NCBI GenBank assembly: GCA_038087875.1
Contig: CM075989.1
Location: 22,508,001-22,572,000 of the forward strand
Reading direction: 5' to 3'
DNA: 64,000 nucleotides
Origin: Malacoraja senta
Lineage: Eukaryota
In this document: positions 63,705 to 64,000 of the stretch, one piece after another
How positions within the stretch are numbered: position 1 is the stretch's first letter
How the letters are laid out: each line of letters begins with the position of its first letter
Translations under genes and position numbers: made by a program
Notes under the pieces: generated by a model
What the model was told of the DNA's origin: nothing
The model's input: the letters and a program-made list of their open reading frames with translations, nothing else
Database searches by the model: none

Positions 63705-63995
63705 TAGACATACTGTAAAAGGCTAGAGTAACTCAATGGGTCAGGCAGCATCTCTGGAGAAAAGGTTAGACAGCACAAGATATGAAACCTGGTATTTGTT
63801 GCTAAAAAAGAACCCAGAGAAGTATGTTGAATAAAAGAATAGGTGACATTTCAGGTTGAGACCACTATATCAGACCGAAGGGTCTCGACCCAAAACATCA
63901 CCTATTCATTTTTTCCAGAGATGCTGCCCGACTGGCTGAGTTGCTCCAACATTTTGTGTCTATCTTTGGAGTAAACCTGTGTCTGCAGCTCCTTC
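63705..63995. mobile_element. Decayed fold-back PLE fragment
   Basis: Inverted PLE units with an internal insertion. Confidence 0.65.
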
Positions 63996-64000
63996 AAACA

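Overview
This is eukaryotic, repeat-dense, apparently non-coding DNA (intron or gene desert). The repeat complement points to a cartilaginous fish, probably a skate or ray; this is inferred from the repeats only. I recognise no intact host protein-coding gene. Nearly all ORF-track entries are retroelement fragments, microsatellite translations or read-through of a 200-N gap. Contents: about 27 tRNA-headed V-SINE (HE1-like) copies, many CR1 and Rex1/Babar LINE 3' fragments, and dozens of Penelope-like (PLE) 3' fragments, often fold-back, with 12-16 bp TSDs and a hammerhead-like core. There are also at least 8 PIF/Harbinger-type MITEs with a shared TIR, one Tigger-like MITE, a 1.1-kb (CA)n compound microsatellite, and repeat-free AT-rich islands that may be conserved non-coding elements. 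Best finding: a ~135-nt short retroposon (copies at 1736, 16853 minus, 26825). Its 5' end folds as a minimal HDV/CPEB3-like self-cleaving ribozyme (P1 GGGGTGG/CCACCCT, P2 GATTGCA/TGCAATC, P3 ACC/GGT, L3 TTCACGT, J4/2 C(G/T)AA) and it ends in an (AAG)n tail. In one copy the TSD-defined 5' boundary is exactly the predicted cleavage site. Boundaries of degenerate repeats are approximate.
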